A stretch of DNA of 64,000 nt from assembly GCA_963666985.2 (NCBI GenBank), contig CAXXIA010000002.1, positions 2,368,001 through 2,432,000 of the forward strand. The letters run 5' to 3'. Under the pieces are notes generated by a model. That model was given only the letters and a program-made list of their open reading frames with translations. It did not search any database and had not been told where the DNA came from. A program made the position numbers and the translations under genes. Positions 48,727-59,632 of the stretch are shown in pieces. Source of the stretch: Spirochaetia bacterium. Its GTDB lineage: Bacteria > Spirochaetota > Spirochaetia > DSM-2461. Within the stretch, counting starts at the first letter, position 1. Each line of letters opens with the position of its first letter.

Positions 48727-50034
48727 ATGAAGCGGATTTTGATGATATCGGTTCTGAGCGCGATTTTCGCGCTGTCCGGATGGGCCGATTCCATAACGCT
48801 TGATTTATCCACATGTATCGACTTGGCGCTGAAGAACAATTCGGATTTCAAAATTTCCGGAATCGAACTGGAAACCGCCGAGAGGGCGGAAAAGTATTCC
48901 TGGAATCAATTTCTTCCGAGTTTGAGCGCGAGCACCAGCCTCAGTGCCGGTTCCACTCTTTTTTCTTCGGCCGGAAGCGGCGATACATCCTGGAGCTTTG
49001 GTGCTTCCGTCAGTGCCTCTTTACCGATTAACGCATCACTGACGTATTCCATTCGCGAGATTGCTTTGGCCTATGAAAGCGAAGAAATCTCGTACGAAAC
49101 GGCCAGATTGAATCTGGTTGCATCCGTTGAGCAGGAATTCGCTTATCTGGTGGCCTCGGCGGCCGGCATGGACATTGAAAAAGGCAATTTGGATTTGGCT
49201 AAAAAGAGGTATGAACAGACCATGACGAATTTTTCTCATGGACTGGCCTCGGAGCTTGAAGTTCTTCAAGCCAAGGTTACAGCCGCCAATCTGGAGCCGA
49301 CGTATTTGGAAACGGTTTCCGATTACAAAACGCAGGTTCGTGAATTTCTTCTTGTTCTGGGGCTCGATCCTGAAACGGAAGTCGTTCTGGATGGAAATCT
49401 GGAGCCTGAAATTGTTGAATTTGATGTCAACGATCTGATTGCCGGAAGACTTGAGGAGCGTCAGGATATCAAAGAGCTGCGTCTTGCGCTGGAAACCCTG
49501 CGGAACGGCCGGAGCTTAACGGCGGCCGACGGACTTACTCCTTCGCTGAGTCTGTCTTTGAACTGGAATACGAGTGTATCCGATGCCTTTGATTCTGCTT
49601 CCTGGCAGTCCGGAAGCTGGGAGGACGGCCTCAGTGCCGGAATCGGACTTTCCATTCCTCTTGACGGATATATCCCCGGTTCCGAAACATCCCTTTCCCT
49701 GAAGGAAATCGATGATGAAATTGAAGCCGCTTCCATTAACTTGGCTCAGGCAATCAGCGAAGCCCGTTTGGAGATTCTCAATCTCGTCGAGCAGCTGAAA
49801 ACAGCCGCGGCGAGCATGGAGCTTTCCGAGCTGAATGTTGAACTGGCGAAAAAATCTTACGAAATGAGTGAAGAAAGCTTTTCACGGGGAACCGTACAGC
49901 GGCTGGATGTGGAAGACGCCCAGCAGGAGTATTCCTCGGCCAAACAGCAGTATCTCTTGAGTCAATATACGTATATTTCGGGACTGATCGACTTGAGAGT
50001 GGCCCTTGGTCTCGATGATTGGAAAAATCTTTAA
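48727..50034 (+). CDS. TolC-family outer membrane efflux protein
   Basis: Signal peptide; L.L..CI..AL.NN; two repeats with F..G..S.L.V..A. Confidence 0.9.
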   Translation: MKRILMISVLSAIFALSGWADSITLDLSTCIDLALKNNSDFKISGIELETAERAEKYSWNQFLPSLSASTSLSAGSTLFSSAGSGDTSWSFGASVSASLPINASLTYSIREIALAYESEEISYETARLNLVASVEQEFAYLVASAAGMDIEKGNLDLAKKRYEQTMTNFSHGLASELEVLQAKVTAANLEPTYLETVSDYKTQVREFLLVLGLDPETEVVLDGNLEPEIVEFDVNDLIAGRLEERQDIKELRLALETLRNGRSLTAADGLTPSLSLSLNWNTSVSDAFDSASWQSGSWEDGLSAGIGLSIPLDGYIPGSETSLSLKEIDDEIEAASINLAQAISEARLEILNLVEQLKTAAASMELSELNVELAKKSYEMSEESFSRGTVQRLDVEDAQQEYSSAKQQYLLSQYTYISGLIDLRVALGLDDWKNL

Positions 50035-50133
50035 GAATCGGGATTCCCATACGAGCTGAGAGTTGATTTTGGCGGCAATTTATTCCCGCCAATCCGCGGC
50101 GCTGCCGTGGAATAAGATAAGGAGACAAGAAAC

Positions 50134-51114
50134 ATGACCCGCAATGAAAATACGGAATCTTCACAGGCGGTCGGCCGGGGGGACAGAATTGTCCAGATTG
50201 TCCTGCTGGTTCTTATTACCGCTGGAATTATTGGAATCCTTTTGATGATGAAAGGCGGAAATGAAGGCGGCAGCGCCGGACCCGGCGGCTCCGGAGGTTT
50301 CCCAGGCGCTTCCGCATCGGCGGAAACGGAAAAGGTGTCGAGGATTCGGGTTGTTGAAGCGTCTCTCGGAAGTGTCCGGGAACATATCCGGGTGAACGGG
50401 GATGTGGACGCCGAATCTTCGGTGAACATTTATCCCGATACTTCCGGAAAGCTTATTTCCGTTTCCGTATCTCCGGGCGACAGCGTCCGGCGCGGTCAGA
50501 CCATCGCGGTGGTGGACCCATCGCTTCCGGGGCAGGTGTACGGACCAAGCGCCGTAACCGCGACGATTAAAGGTACGGTTACCGCGGTAAACATCGATGT
50601 CGGTGAAACAGTCGGAACATCCACTTCGATTGCCGTTATAGGCGATTTATCAACTCTCCAGATTGTTACTTATGTACCGGAACGTTTTGTCGGTTCCGTT
50701 TCTCTCGGTATGGAAGCCGAGGTGGTGCTGGACGCCTATCCGGATAAAGTCTTTCGGGCCCGGGTGACTGAAATCAGCCCCGTTCTTGACTTGACATCGC
50801 GGTCCCAGAAAATCGTTTTGGATATTCTGGATGCCGATTCCCGCGTGAAGGCGGGTATGTTTGTGAGTACCCGTATCGTGGTGAAAGAGGCCGTTGACGT
50901 CGTGACCGTCCCTCCGGCGGCTTTGACAACGTACTACGATAAAGATGTGGTATTCGTGGTTAACGATGATGTGGCGGAACGTCGTGAAGTAACAGTCGGG
51001 CTTTCTTCTTCGGATGCCGTTCAGATATTAGAGGGGCTTTCTCTTGGAGAGACCGTGATTGTTCAGGGGCTGTCGGGAGTTGCCGACGGATCTCATGTGC
51101 GGATTATTGATTAG
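50134..51114 (+). CDS. RND periplasmic adaptor (membrane fusion protein)
   Basis: N-terminal TM; lipoyl motifs (SG....V..GD.V..GQ), VPE, I.P..D..SR, GM. Confidence 0.92.
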   Translation: MTRNENTESSQAVGRGDRIVQIVLLVLITAGIIGILLMMKGGNEGGSAGPGGSGGFPGASASAETEKVSRIRVVEASLGSVREHIRVNGDVDAESSVNIYPDTSGKLISVSVSPGDSVRRGQTIAVVDPSLPGQVYGPSAVTATIKGTVTAVNIDVGETVGTSTSIAVIGDLSTLQIVTYVPERFVGSVSLGMEAEVVLDAYPDKVFRARVTEISPVLDLTSRSQKIVLDILDADSRVKAGMFVSTRIVVKEAVDVVTVPPAALTTYYDKDVVFVVNDDVAERREVTVGLSSSDAVQILEGLSLGETVIVQGLSGVADGSHVRIID

Positions 51115-51123
51115 GGGGAGCCG

Positions 51124-54100
51124 ATGAATCTTTCTGAAGTTTCCGTTAATCGTCCTGTTACCATTGCCGTTATTACAGTACTTCTTTTGGGAATCTCTTT
51201 TTTTATGATTCCCAGTTTGGCGGTGGAGCAGATGCCGGATGTAAGTCCTCCGGTGGCCCTGGTTCAAACAACCCTCGAAGGCGCCAGTCCCAAGGAAGTT
51301 GAACAGAGCATTACCGAACTTTTGGAGAAACAGCTGGCCAACGTCAGTGGTCTGGAAGACATTTCTTCCACATCGAGCGCGGAGAGCAGCATCGTTATTC
51401 TCGAATTCGGTTTTGATAAAGACATGACCGAGGCTACAAACGATATCAGAGATTCCCTCGATCAGGTTCGAAACAGTCTGCCGGATGATGCGACAACACC
51501 GATTATCATGAAGTTCGACAGGAATTCCGAGGCCATCATGAATCTCATCATGATTGGTGAAGAGACGCCTGATACGCTGAAGCGTCTGGCCGAGGATGTC
51601 GTACAGCCCCGGCTGGAGAGAATAGAGGGTGTTGCTTCGGCTGATGTGAGCGGCGGCGAGACACGGGCCGTCCGCGTTGACCTTTCCCTCAATCGACTGG
51701 AGGCTTACGGTATTACCGCCGACAACGTGAGTGATGCTTTGGAGGCCCAGAATCTTCAAATGTCCGGTGGGAGTATCGAAAGCGATGGGATGGAATACGA
51801 TCTTCGTGTGGATGAGCGCTATGAATCCATTGAGGATATAGCCCGAACCGTCGTTGCGACACTCTCCCCAGCCTCCGAAGATTCTTCGGTGAATCGCTCC
51901 AATGTCGTCCGGCTGGAAGATGTGGCCGATGTTTATGAGGGCGCAGAGGACGAAGACAGTCTTTATTACATTGACGGCCGTTCGGCCATCTCCATCTCCG
52001 TTTCTAAGGAGAGCGATACGAATTCGGTGCAGATTGCCGAGTCTGTGAATGCCGCCCTTTCTGAAATCGACAAGGAATTACCCGATGGCGTTACGGTGGA
52101 TCTTCTCTATGACGGAACGACATATATCAAATCGGTCATGAACCAGGTTTATAGTTCCGCCTGGCAGGGCCTGCTCCTGGCAATGATTATTCTGATGCTG
52201 TTCCTCCGGAATACCCGAAGTACTCTTATTATCGGGATATCCATTCCGGTATCGATTCTTATCACTCTCATGGCCATGTTCTTTTTCGGTATCACGCTGA
52301 ACATGATGTCCCTGACCGGTCTTATTCTGGGTTTGGGGATGATCGTAGATAACTCCATCGTTATTTTGGAGAATATACACCAGTACAGGGAACGGGGAGC
52401 GAAGCTTCGTGCTTCGGCGATATTGGGCTCTCATGAAATGCTGAATGCCATCATTGCCTCCACATTGACAACGTTATGCGTGTTCCTTCCGATGATTATC
52501 TGGAAAGACGGCCTGGATATGTTCGGGGAATTCTTCAGCGACATGATGTTTACAGTTGTTATTTCCCTGACCGTTTCTTTTTTTACGGCTGTTACACTGG
52601 TACCGGCTTTAAGCAGTAAGCTTATTAAGCTTTACACACATCGGCAGCGTCCCATAAAAAATCCGCTGCTCAAGAGTCTCGATGCGGTTGGTGAGCGGGC
52701 TTTAAACGGGCTGGGGAATGCCTATCGGCGAGGCCTTGTATTCGTCTTGCGGAACCGGCTGATGGTGATTTCCCTGGTGGCTGTTCTTCTGGTGCTTTCA
52801 CTCGTAAAGTTCAGTTCCATGGGTATGAGTCTGATGCCGCGCGGTGATTCCGATGATGAGGTACAGATAGATGTAACTCTTCCTGTGGGAAGTACGATGG
52901 AAGCCACCGAGCAGGTTCTCGTCGGTCTGAGCCGTATTGTGGAAGAAGAAGTGACCGGATATGAGCATCTCAGTATGAGTGTTGCGACTTCGGGACGGTT
53001 CAGCACCAAAGGGAATAACGAAGGGAAACTGGAAATCACCTTGCCGAGTCTGAAAGAGCAGACGGTAAGCGCCAGTGAAATTCAGACAATTCTACGGAAG
53101 CATCTTAACGACTTTCCCGATGCCGAGATTACCATCAGTTCCGGACGAACATTCGGCAGCTCTTCGGCTATCGATGTGGTGGTATATTCTGACAATCTTG
53201 ATTTGGCGCAGGAAACGGCGGTTGAAATCCGTGATTTGATTAAAGAGAATATTCCCGAAGCGGTGGATCCGGTAACCGATCTGGACGAAGGAACTCCGGA
53301 GTACCGTTTGGTTGTCGATAGGGACAGGGCTGCCTCGTACGGGCTTACCGTATCTCAGATTGCCGCGGCGGTGAACGGACTTGTAGACGGAACCACTCCA
53401 ACCAGTTATTGGGACGACGCCACCGAGCTCGATGTTATCCTCCAGTTGGCCGAGACGGACCGTGCCGATCTGGAAGATCTGGGGAGTCTCTTCATTCTTT
53501 CTTCTTCGGGAGAAGAAGTGGCCCTTTCCAATCTTGTGAAATATGAATTGACAACCGGTCCGTTGGAAATCAACAGGGAAAATGAAACCCGAACCGTTCA
53601 TGTAACCGGTGATATTATTACCGGCGCCGCGGCGAATATCGTCCAGCCGAAAATCGCCGCGCTGCTTGAGGAAAAGCTTATTCTTCCCGACGGCGTTACC
53701 TATGATTTCGCCGGCGACCGGATGAATCTGGCTGAAATGATACCGACTGTCATCACGATCGGCATTGTCGCCATCATGATGATTTTCGCGGTGATGGCCA
53801 GCCAATTCGAGTCCCTAGTGGATCCGTTCATCATCTTTTTTTCCATTCCGCTGCTGTTTATCGGAGTAGTTGGAATCTATCTTATTACCGGTGCGGTACT
53901 GAGCGTTTTTTCACTGATCGGAATGATTGTTCTCATGGGAATAGTCGTAAACAACGGTATTGTTATGGTGGATTACATGAATCTGCTGCGTAAACGCGGA
54001 GCCACGGTTCATGAAGCCATTCTGGAAGGGGCAAAAAGCCGTCTGCGCCCCATATTAATGACCAGCCTTACGACTATTTTGGGAATGGTTCCCATGGCCT

Positions 54101-54291
54101 TCTTTCCCGGAGAAGGTACCGAAATGATTCGGCCCATCGGACAGACAATCGTGGGAGGACTCACCGGCAGTACCTTAATTACTCTGTTTGTTACGCCGGT
54201 GATGTATTCGTTGGTAAACCGGGAACGCAAGAAAGACCGGAATCGTCCGGAGTACGGTCCTACTGACGCCGTCGAGGAGGCCATCGCATGA
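51124..54291 (+). CDS. RND efflux permease (AcrB/AcrD/AcrF family)
   Basis: RPV, GASP.EVE, GMIVDNSIV.LEN, QFES...P.II, GIVVNNGIV.VD, RLRPILMT.LTT. Confidence 0.96.
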   Translation: MNLSEVSVNRPVTIAVITVLLLGISFFMIPSLAVEQMPDVSPPVALVQTTLEGASPKEVEQSITELLEKQLANVSGLEDISSTSSAESSIVILEFGFDKDMTEATNDIRDSLDQVRNSLPDDATTPIIMKFDRNSEAIMNLIMIGEETPDTLKRLAEDVVQPRLERIEGVASADVSGGETRAVRVDLSLNRLEAYGITADNVSDALEAQNLQMSGGSIESDGMEYDLRVDERYESIEDIARTVVATLSPASEDSSVNRSNVVRLEDVADVYEGAEDEDSLYYIDGRSAISISVSKESDTNSVQIAESVNAALSEIDKELPDGVTVDLLYDGTTYIKSVMNQVYSSAWQGLLLAMIILMLFLRNTRSTLIIGISIPVSILITLMAMFFFGITLNMMSLTGLILGLGMIVDNSIVILENIHQYRERGAKLRASAILGSHEMLNAIIASTLTTLCVFLPMIIWKDGLDMFGEFFSDMMFTVVISLTVSFFTAVTLVPALSSKLIKLYTHRQRPIKNPLLKSLDAVGERALNGLGNAYRRGLVFVLRNRLMVISLVAVLLVLSLVKFSSMGMSLMPRGDSDDEVQIDVTLPVGSTMEATEQVLVGLSRIVEEEVTGYEHLSMSVATSGRFSTKGNNEGKLEITLPSLKEQTVSASEIQTILRKHLNDFPDAEITISSGRTFGSSSAIDVVVYSDNLDLAQETAVEIRDLIKENIPEAVDPVTDLDEGTPEYRLVVDRDRAASYGLTVSQIAAAVNGLVDGTTPTSYWDDATELDVILQLAETDRADLEDLGSLFILSSSGEEVALSNLVKYELTTGPLEINRENETRTVHVTGDIITGAAANIVQPKIAALLEEKLILPDGVTYDFAGDRMNLAEMIPTVITIGIVAIMMIFAVMASQFESLVDPFIIFFSIPLLFIGVVGIYLITGAVLSVFSLIGMIVLMGIVVNNGIVMVDYMNLLRKRGATVHEAILEGAKSRLRPILMTSLTTILGMVPMAFFPGEGTEMIRPIGQTIVGGLTGSTLITLFVTPVMYSLVNRERKKDRNRPEYGPTDAVEEAIA

Positions 54292-54581
54292 AGCGTCTGG
54301 AAGTTATCGCCAATCAGGCCGTTGAAGAAGATATCATTGAAGTTCTGGAGGCCGTCGGTCACGGAGAATCCTTTACCTATTTTCACCCGGTTTACGGCCG
54401 GGGGAAGAAGGGACGGCGGGAAGGTTCGGCTGTCTGGCCGGAGACTAATGTGTATTTTCTTGTCTATTTGGAGAGCGAAGCGGCTCATCGATTCATGGAG
54501 AAGCTTCGAACCGTTAAGGAATCTTTTCCCGAAGAAGGCATCCGCTGCTGGCTCAGCGACGTTGTTGTAGAATCGGTCTAA
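54288..54581 (+). CDS. PII-like transporter-associated protein (PG0541-like)
   Basis: 97 aa; T....V.GRG..G...G..VWPE.N; ATGA overlap with RND. Confidence 0.8.
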   Translation: MKRLEVIANQAVEEDIIEVLEAVGHGESFTYFHPVYGRGKKGRREGSAVWPETNVYFLVYLESEAAHRFMEKLRTVKESFPEEGIRCWLSDVVVESV

Positions 54582-54800
54582 ACAAAAGTTTCCGAAATCA
54601 GTGAAAAGAATCCGTTGCCAAGGGAACTGTTAAGTCGGCCATTTTCTTTGACAACGGTGATTTGTCATTATTTATCTACGGATTTAAATGGAATGTTAGT
54701 TTATTATATGCAATACTTAAAGAAACGTATATAATAAATTTGCATTGGAATCATAATTTTACGAGAATTAAGGGCAGTTTATCCATGGAGCTGCCCTTAT

Positions 54801-56897
54801 ATGAATAGTATCCAAGCCAAAGTTCTACTACCTATGGTTTTATGTTTCACCATTATTCTCGGTGTTTTTTTTGTATTCCTTTTTTTTCATGAAAAAGGTC
54901 TGCGTATTAAAGAAACCGATGAGATGATCATGCAGATTCTTCATGGTCGGTCCGCCCAGGTGGATGCCGTTATTTCCGGGCTTGAGGAGCAGGGACTCAT
55001 TTTTAGTATGCTCCCGGAAATCAACAATTTGGATCCCGAAGTTTTACCTGAATTCCTCGCCGATTTGGAAATGGACGATCTCATCAAGGAAATAGCAGTA
55101 ATACCTCGTGACGGAACTTTATTCATTCCGAACCTCCATCGTACGGATCTGGATCTCAAGACGCGTCCTTATTATCAGGGAATATTGGAAGAGGATCGGG
55201 ATTTCTTCCTGTCGGCGTTTCATGGGACTCAGGGGTATCCTGTGCTTGCCATTTCGCTTCCTGTTACCGATTTGGTCACGGGTGAACGTAAAGCCGTCAT
55301 GAATGTATCATTAAATTTGAACGATTTTTCCATCAAGGTTTCCGACGACATTGCGATTCTCGGCGGAAGTGGATACATCTTCGATAAAAACGGTAATATG
55401 ATTACCAATCGGAATGCCGATTACATCCTTAATCTTGATATGACAGCCGAGAATAATGATTGGCCGGAACTGGCCGGTCTTGTCTCGGCCGCTAAAGCCG
55501 AATCGAATGGGATCTATTCTTATGTCGATGAGAATGGTGTTCCGATCGTGTCGTATTTTACTGAGATTTCCTTTAATCCCGATTGGATCCTCGCCGTTAA
55601 TGTACCGCTGAAGAACATCATGAAACCCGTACATCGTCTTCTTGTTTCTCTTGGCATCGGAATCGTTATTGTTTTAGGCGTTTTGATAACGATTATTTGG
55701 ATTGTTCTCAGGATTTTCGTCATCAAACCCGTGCATTCAATGACTGATATGCTTAAGGCGATTGCCGGCGGCGGCGGTGATCTGACAGGTCGGATTAATG
55801 TCGGCAACAAAAAGGGAAAAGGGGATGAAATTACCCGAATGGCGGGTTATTTCAACGATTTCATCGGCAGTTTGAACAAAATGATCGTTGATCTAAAGAA
55901 TGCCAGTCGAGATAATCGCTTATTTGCTGATGTATTAGCGTCAAATACAACAGAAATCTCCTCAAGTTCGCTGGAAATGTCGGCAACGACAAAGTCAATC
56001 AGTGAACAGGTAACTCAATTGACCGAAAGAATTGGAGAGTCGGCAGTAAAAGTCAAAAACATTAAGGAACAGATTCAACAAGTTAATTCCAATATTGATG
56101 ACGAAGCGGCTTTTATCACAGAATCATCTTCCGCCATTACGGAAATGGTCGCTTCAATTCAGAATCTTTCCCGCATTTCCACAGAAAAACAGATAATAAT
56201 TAATGATTTAGCTGATAATGCCCAGACGAGCGGTCAGGCTATGGAAGAAACGGCGAGGGAAATAATCGAAATATCGAATTCCGTTGATACCATCGTCGAA
56301 CTGGTGGATGTGATTAATGACGTCTCGCAACGAATCAATCTTTTGTCTATGAATGCGGCTATTGAAGCCGCTCATGCCGGTGATGCGGGTAGGGGATTTG
56401 CGGTTGTTGCCGAAGAAATTCGAAAACTTGCTGAAATGACCAACGAACAATCCTCACGAATTAGCGAGTCGGTAACCCATATTGCCAAAAAAATTGCCAT
56501 TTCCGGAAAAAGCTCCAAGAATACCGAGGAATCCATTTCAAAGATCACTTCGAATATTCAGACTATCGCGGAAACAATAAATGAAATGGTTCTCGGAATG
56601 ACGGAAATCTCCGAGGGCTCCAAGCAAATTATTGAGTCTTTGGAATCGTTGGTATCTTCTTCACAATCTGTCCGGAATTCATCAAAAGTCGTGGACGAAA
56701 ACTCAAACGAGGTTCTCAAGGATATCGAGGAGATTGATCGAATTTCCATTCGGAGTCATGAAGGTGTAGAGGAGCTTGTTGTCGGTAACAATCATATAAG
56801 CCAAGCTATCGGAGAACTGGCTGAAATGGGTGAAAAGAACAACGAGAATATTAATGTGATCGATAGAAAATTGGATCAGTTTAAAGTCGATGAGTAA
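54801..56897 (+). CDS. methyl-accepting chemotaxis protein with dCache sensor
   Basis: TM, R.YY Cache motif, [46 protein letters not shown]. Confidence 0.95.
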   Translation: MNSIQAKVLLPMVLCFTIILGVFFVFLFFHEKGLRIKETDEMIMQILHGRSAQVDAVISGLEEQGLIFSMLPEINNLDPEVLPEFLADLEMDDLIKEIAVIPRDGTLFIPNLHRTDLDLKTRPYYQGILEEDRDFFLSAFHGTQGYPVLAISLPVTDLVTGERKAVMNVSLNLNDFSIKVSDDIAILGGSGYIFDKNGNMITNRNADYILNLDMTAENNDWPELAGLVSAAKAESNGIYSYVDENGVPIVSYFTEISFNPDWILAVNVPLKNIMKPVHRLLVSLGIGIVIVLGVLITIIWIVLRIFVIKPVHSMTDMLKAIAGGGGDLTGRINVGNKKGKGDEITRMAGYFNDFIGSLNKMIVDLKNASRDNRLFADVLASNTTEISSSSLEMSATTKSISEQVTQLTERIGESAVKVKNIKEQIQQVNSNIDDEAAFITESSSAITEMVASIQNLSRISTEKQIIINDLADNAQTSGQAMEETAREIIEISNSVDTIVELVDVINDVSQRINLLSMNAAIEAAHAGDAGRGFAVVAEEIRKLAEMTNEQSSRISESVTHIAKKIAISGKSSKNTEESISKITSNIQTIAETINEMVLGMTEISEGSKQIIESLESLVSSSQSVRNSSKVVDENSNEVLKDIEEIDRISIRSHEGVEELVVGNNHISQAIGELAEMGEKNNENINVIDRKLDQFKVDE

Positions 56898-56977
56898 TGA
56901 TATACCTTTTTCTTCTATGGTTTTGAAGAGACGCATATGTATGTCGGCGGGATTTCGGAATCCACCAGGCATGAATC

Positions 56978-57624
56978 ATGGATAAAGACGATTATGAGGG
57001 AGCCCGCAGGGAGGAAGAAAAGCGTTTTTGGGACGGATATGCGGAAGTGTTGTAAACGGAAGAAAGAAAGCTCCTAAAAAGTATCGCATAATCGCTGAAA
57101 CTCTAAGCAAATGGTTCGATGAAAATGCGGAAATGCTCAAAGTCGCTACCGGACCGGGGATTCTTGCGTTCCTGCCGGCAGGGCATTTTAAAGCGATTAC
57201 GGCTTGCGATTTATCCGAAGAAATGGTGCGGGTCGCAAATCGGCGCTTAAAAGGCTCGGGGATTTCCAATCTCGTCTTCAAGGTACAGGATGCTTACGAT
57301 TTGCCGTATCCATCCGGCCGATTCGACATTGTACTGGCGGCGAACACCCCCATGTGATGAAAGAGCCCCGCCGGGCTCTTGCTTCCATGAAACGAGTTGT
57401 GAAAGACGGGGGCAAAGTCATAGTTCCGGCCTTTTGTCATGGCGAGAATCTCCTAAGCCGTGTTTTCTCCGCTTTTATGACTTTTTCAGGATTTCAGGCG
57501 GTCGGCAGGTGGTCTATTAAAGGAGTATAAAGAGTTTTTAGTCTCTGAAGGGTTTCGAATAATCGATTGTCCTTTGGTAACCGGAATAATTCCCGTGGCT
57601 GTTGCAGTACTGGAGAAAAAATAG
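56978..57624 (+). pseudogene. class I SAM-dependent methyltransferase, multiply frameshifted
   Basis: Pieces in different frames: KRFWDGYA / L.VATGPG..CDLSEEM..QDAYDLPY...FD / H...P..AL....RV.K.GG..P.FCHG / EYKEFL...GF...IP. Confidence 0.85.
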
Positions 57625-57662
57625 AATTACGGTTCTACCGGAATCGACGGTTTGAATTTCTA

Positions 57663-58226
57663 TTATTCTCGCGAGGTTCTTAGGCGGCGTTCTCTTTCTT
57701 CTTTAGAATAAATACACCCGCAGTAATTCTGATGTTTGATATTTAAATCATGGGCGAGTTTGTTGGCTTTGGAATATCCGTCCTGTTTCTTGAAGTTTTC
57801 GGCAAGAAAGGGAATGTCGAATTCCTCGGAGAGGCTTTCGCCTTCTTTGTTGATTTGTTTTGCATTTTTATAAGGGCTGATGGAGAGGGTGGAGGCCACG
57901 ATATCAAAGTGCTTCTCCGATGCCATCCGAAAAGTTTCCCGGAGCCTGTGATTAAAGCAGACGGAACATCGCCGGCCTCTTTCGGGTTCTTCTTCCAGAC
58001 CTTCGACGGCTTTATTCCAAGTCTCCGGATTGTATTCTCCATAGATGACCTTCCAGTTCTGCAATTCCGCGATGCGTTTAAGTTCTTTTTCGCGGAAGCG
58101 GTATTCCGATTCCGGCTGAATGTTGGGATTATGGAAGAAACACGTTACATCGTACGACTGTGAAAGGAGGCGGTAAACATAAACGGCACAGGGTGCGCAG
58201 CAGGCATGCAGAAGAAGTTTTTTCAT
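57663..58226 (-). CDS. queH: epoxyqueuosine reductase QueH
   Basis: LLLHACCAPC, NPNI.P..EY..R, PERG.RC..C...RL, ISP.K, QNYCGC.YS. Confidence 0.95.
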   Translation of the reverse strand: MKKLLLHACCAPCAVYVYRLLSQSYDVTCFFHNPNIQPESEYRFREKELKRIAELQNWKVIYGEYNPETWNKAVEGLEEEPERGRRCSVCFNHRLRETFRMASEKHFDIVASTLSISPYKNAKQINKEGESLSEEFDIPFLAENFKKQDGYSKANKLAHDLNIKHQNYCGCIYSKEERERRLRTSRE

Positions 58227-58280
58227 TGTAGCGTATAATACACCACCGCCCGGCGGACGGCGGTGTCTATTCCTTACAAA

Positions 58281-58970
58281 TTAGTGAATTTCTCCATTTT
58301 CCCAGGTTCCCGAACGGCTTTCGCCTTCCTTTGAAGGAATGGTAAGAATCATATCGGGATAGATAAGATCCGGATTGTTCGGACGGGGCATTTTGTCTTT
58401 GTTGGCCTCGTAGAGAAGACGCCACGAGAAGGGATCGTTATAGATAAATTCATACCCCGCGATGTTCCAGAGACAATCCTTATTTCCCGGCAGGAGACGA
58501 ACCCGATAATACGCGGGCAAAGTATCTCCCTTTGATGCCCCGGCTCCGATAGCCGAAAGAAAGGCAAGAGCTTCTTCACAGGTTTCCATGCAGAGAGGGT
58601 ATTCCTTATTGTTGTATTCGCCGGAGGCTTTTTCATAGAGTGCTCTGCCTTCGGCGAGTTCTTCCGGATAACGCTGTCTCATCCAGGGGCGGTCCACTTC
58701 GGCCAGTTTATTTTTTACCCTGGTGAGTGCCGAACGCGCCCGGAAAGCGGCGAGCTGATTGGCAATCCACTGATCCGAGAGTTCCTTATAGCTTTGCGCT
58801 TCATCCGCCAAACGTTTGGCCTCGACATAATCGCCTTCATTGAACGCAACCTCGCTTTGAGCTTTGAGTTCCACCATTTTTCGGTAATATTCGTTGTCCT
58901 GAAGAGATTGAGCGTTAATGGAGACGACGGCAAAGAGGGCGGTCGCGATTATGAGAAAAATCTTTTTCAT
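58281..58970 (-). CDS. exported LysM-domain protein (spirochaete type)
   Basis: Signal peptide, helical N-terminus, Y.V......DCLWNIA....Y.DP..W..LYEAN....NPDLIYP...L.IP. Confidence 0.88.
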   Translation of the reverse strand: MKKIFLIIATALFAVVSINAQSLQDNEYYRKMVELKAQSEVAFNEGDYVEAKRLADEAQSYKELSDQWIANQLAAFRARSALTRVKNKLAEVDRPWMRQRYPEELAEGRALYEKASGEYNNKEYPLCMETCEEALAFLSAIGAGASKGDTLPAYYRVRLLPGNKDCLWNIAGYEFIYNDPFSWRLLYEANKDKMPRPNNPDLIYPDMILTIPSKEGESRSGTWENGEIH

Positions 58971-59404
58971 TCTTGCCCTTCCTCTTCGGCGGTTTTCAGA
59001 GCCGCATCGGCCGCCGATTCCGTATCGGCGATGGCCTTGTCGGCTGCCTTCATCGCGGCGATGGCTTCTTCCCGGGCTTTATCGGCCGCATCGGCCGCCG
59101 TGTTGAATGCCGCGACCGCGGACGTATAGGATTCGAAGGCTTTGGCCACGTCACCGGCCGTTTCCGCTGAAGTGCCTTTATCGTAGAGGAGAACGGCCGC
59201 TTCGTATTCGGAAGAAGCCGCTTTAGGCGCTTTGGCCTCGTCCGCGCGGACGCGTGCCTGGTCCGCATCGGATTTTGCCTGTTCCATGGCCGTTTTATCG
59301 ACGACGGCGGTTGTGCTCGTCGTATCTTCAACCGGAGCGGTTGCGCATGACGCCCAGAGAAGGACCGATGTTAGGAGTATTGTCCAGAGTGCTTTTTGAA
59401 TCAT
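58967..59404 (-). CDS. Ala-rich helical lipoprotein, hypothetical
   Basis: Lipobox WASC; coiled-coil; ATGA-coupled to LysM gene. Confidence 0.8.
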   Translation of the reverse strand: MIQKALWTILLTSVLLWASCATAPVEDTTSTTAVVDKTAMEQAKSDADQARVRADEAKAPKAASSEYEAAVLLYDKGTSAETAGDVAKAFESYTSAVAAFNTAADAADKAREEAIAAMKAADKAIADTESAADAALKTAEEEGQE

Positions 59405-59632
59405 TTTTCCATCCTTTCCTTCATTATAGAAGGCATAACCGATTCCTTAGTTACATGGATGACTGAGGGGAATCGGACTGTGGCTTATTATATCGCAGAA
59501 GGAACAATTTTACGGACTAATAGATTCTGATAAGTTCATTATTGGAGGTAGTTAACTGTTATATCGGTTTTTAGAATGATTATGAAGATAAAGAAATTTA
59601 GGGAGAATCTTGAAAATTCCCCCTAAAACGGC

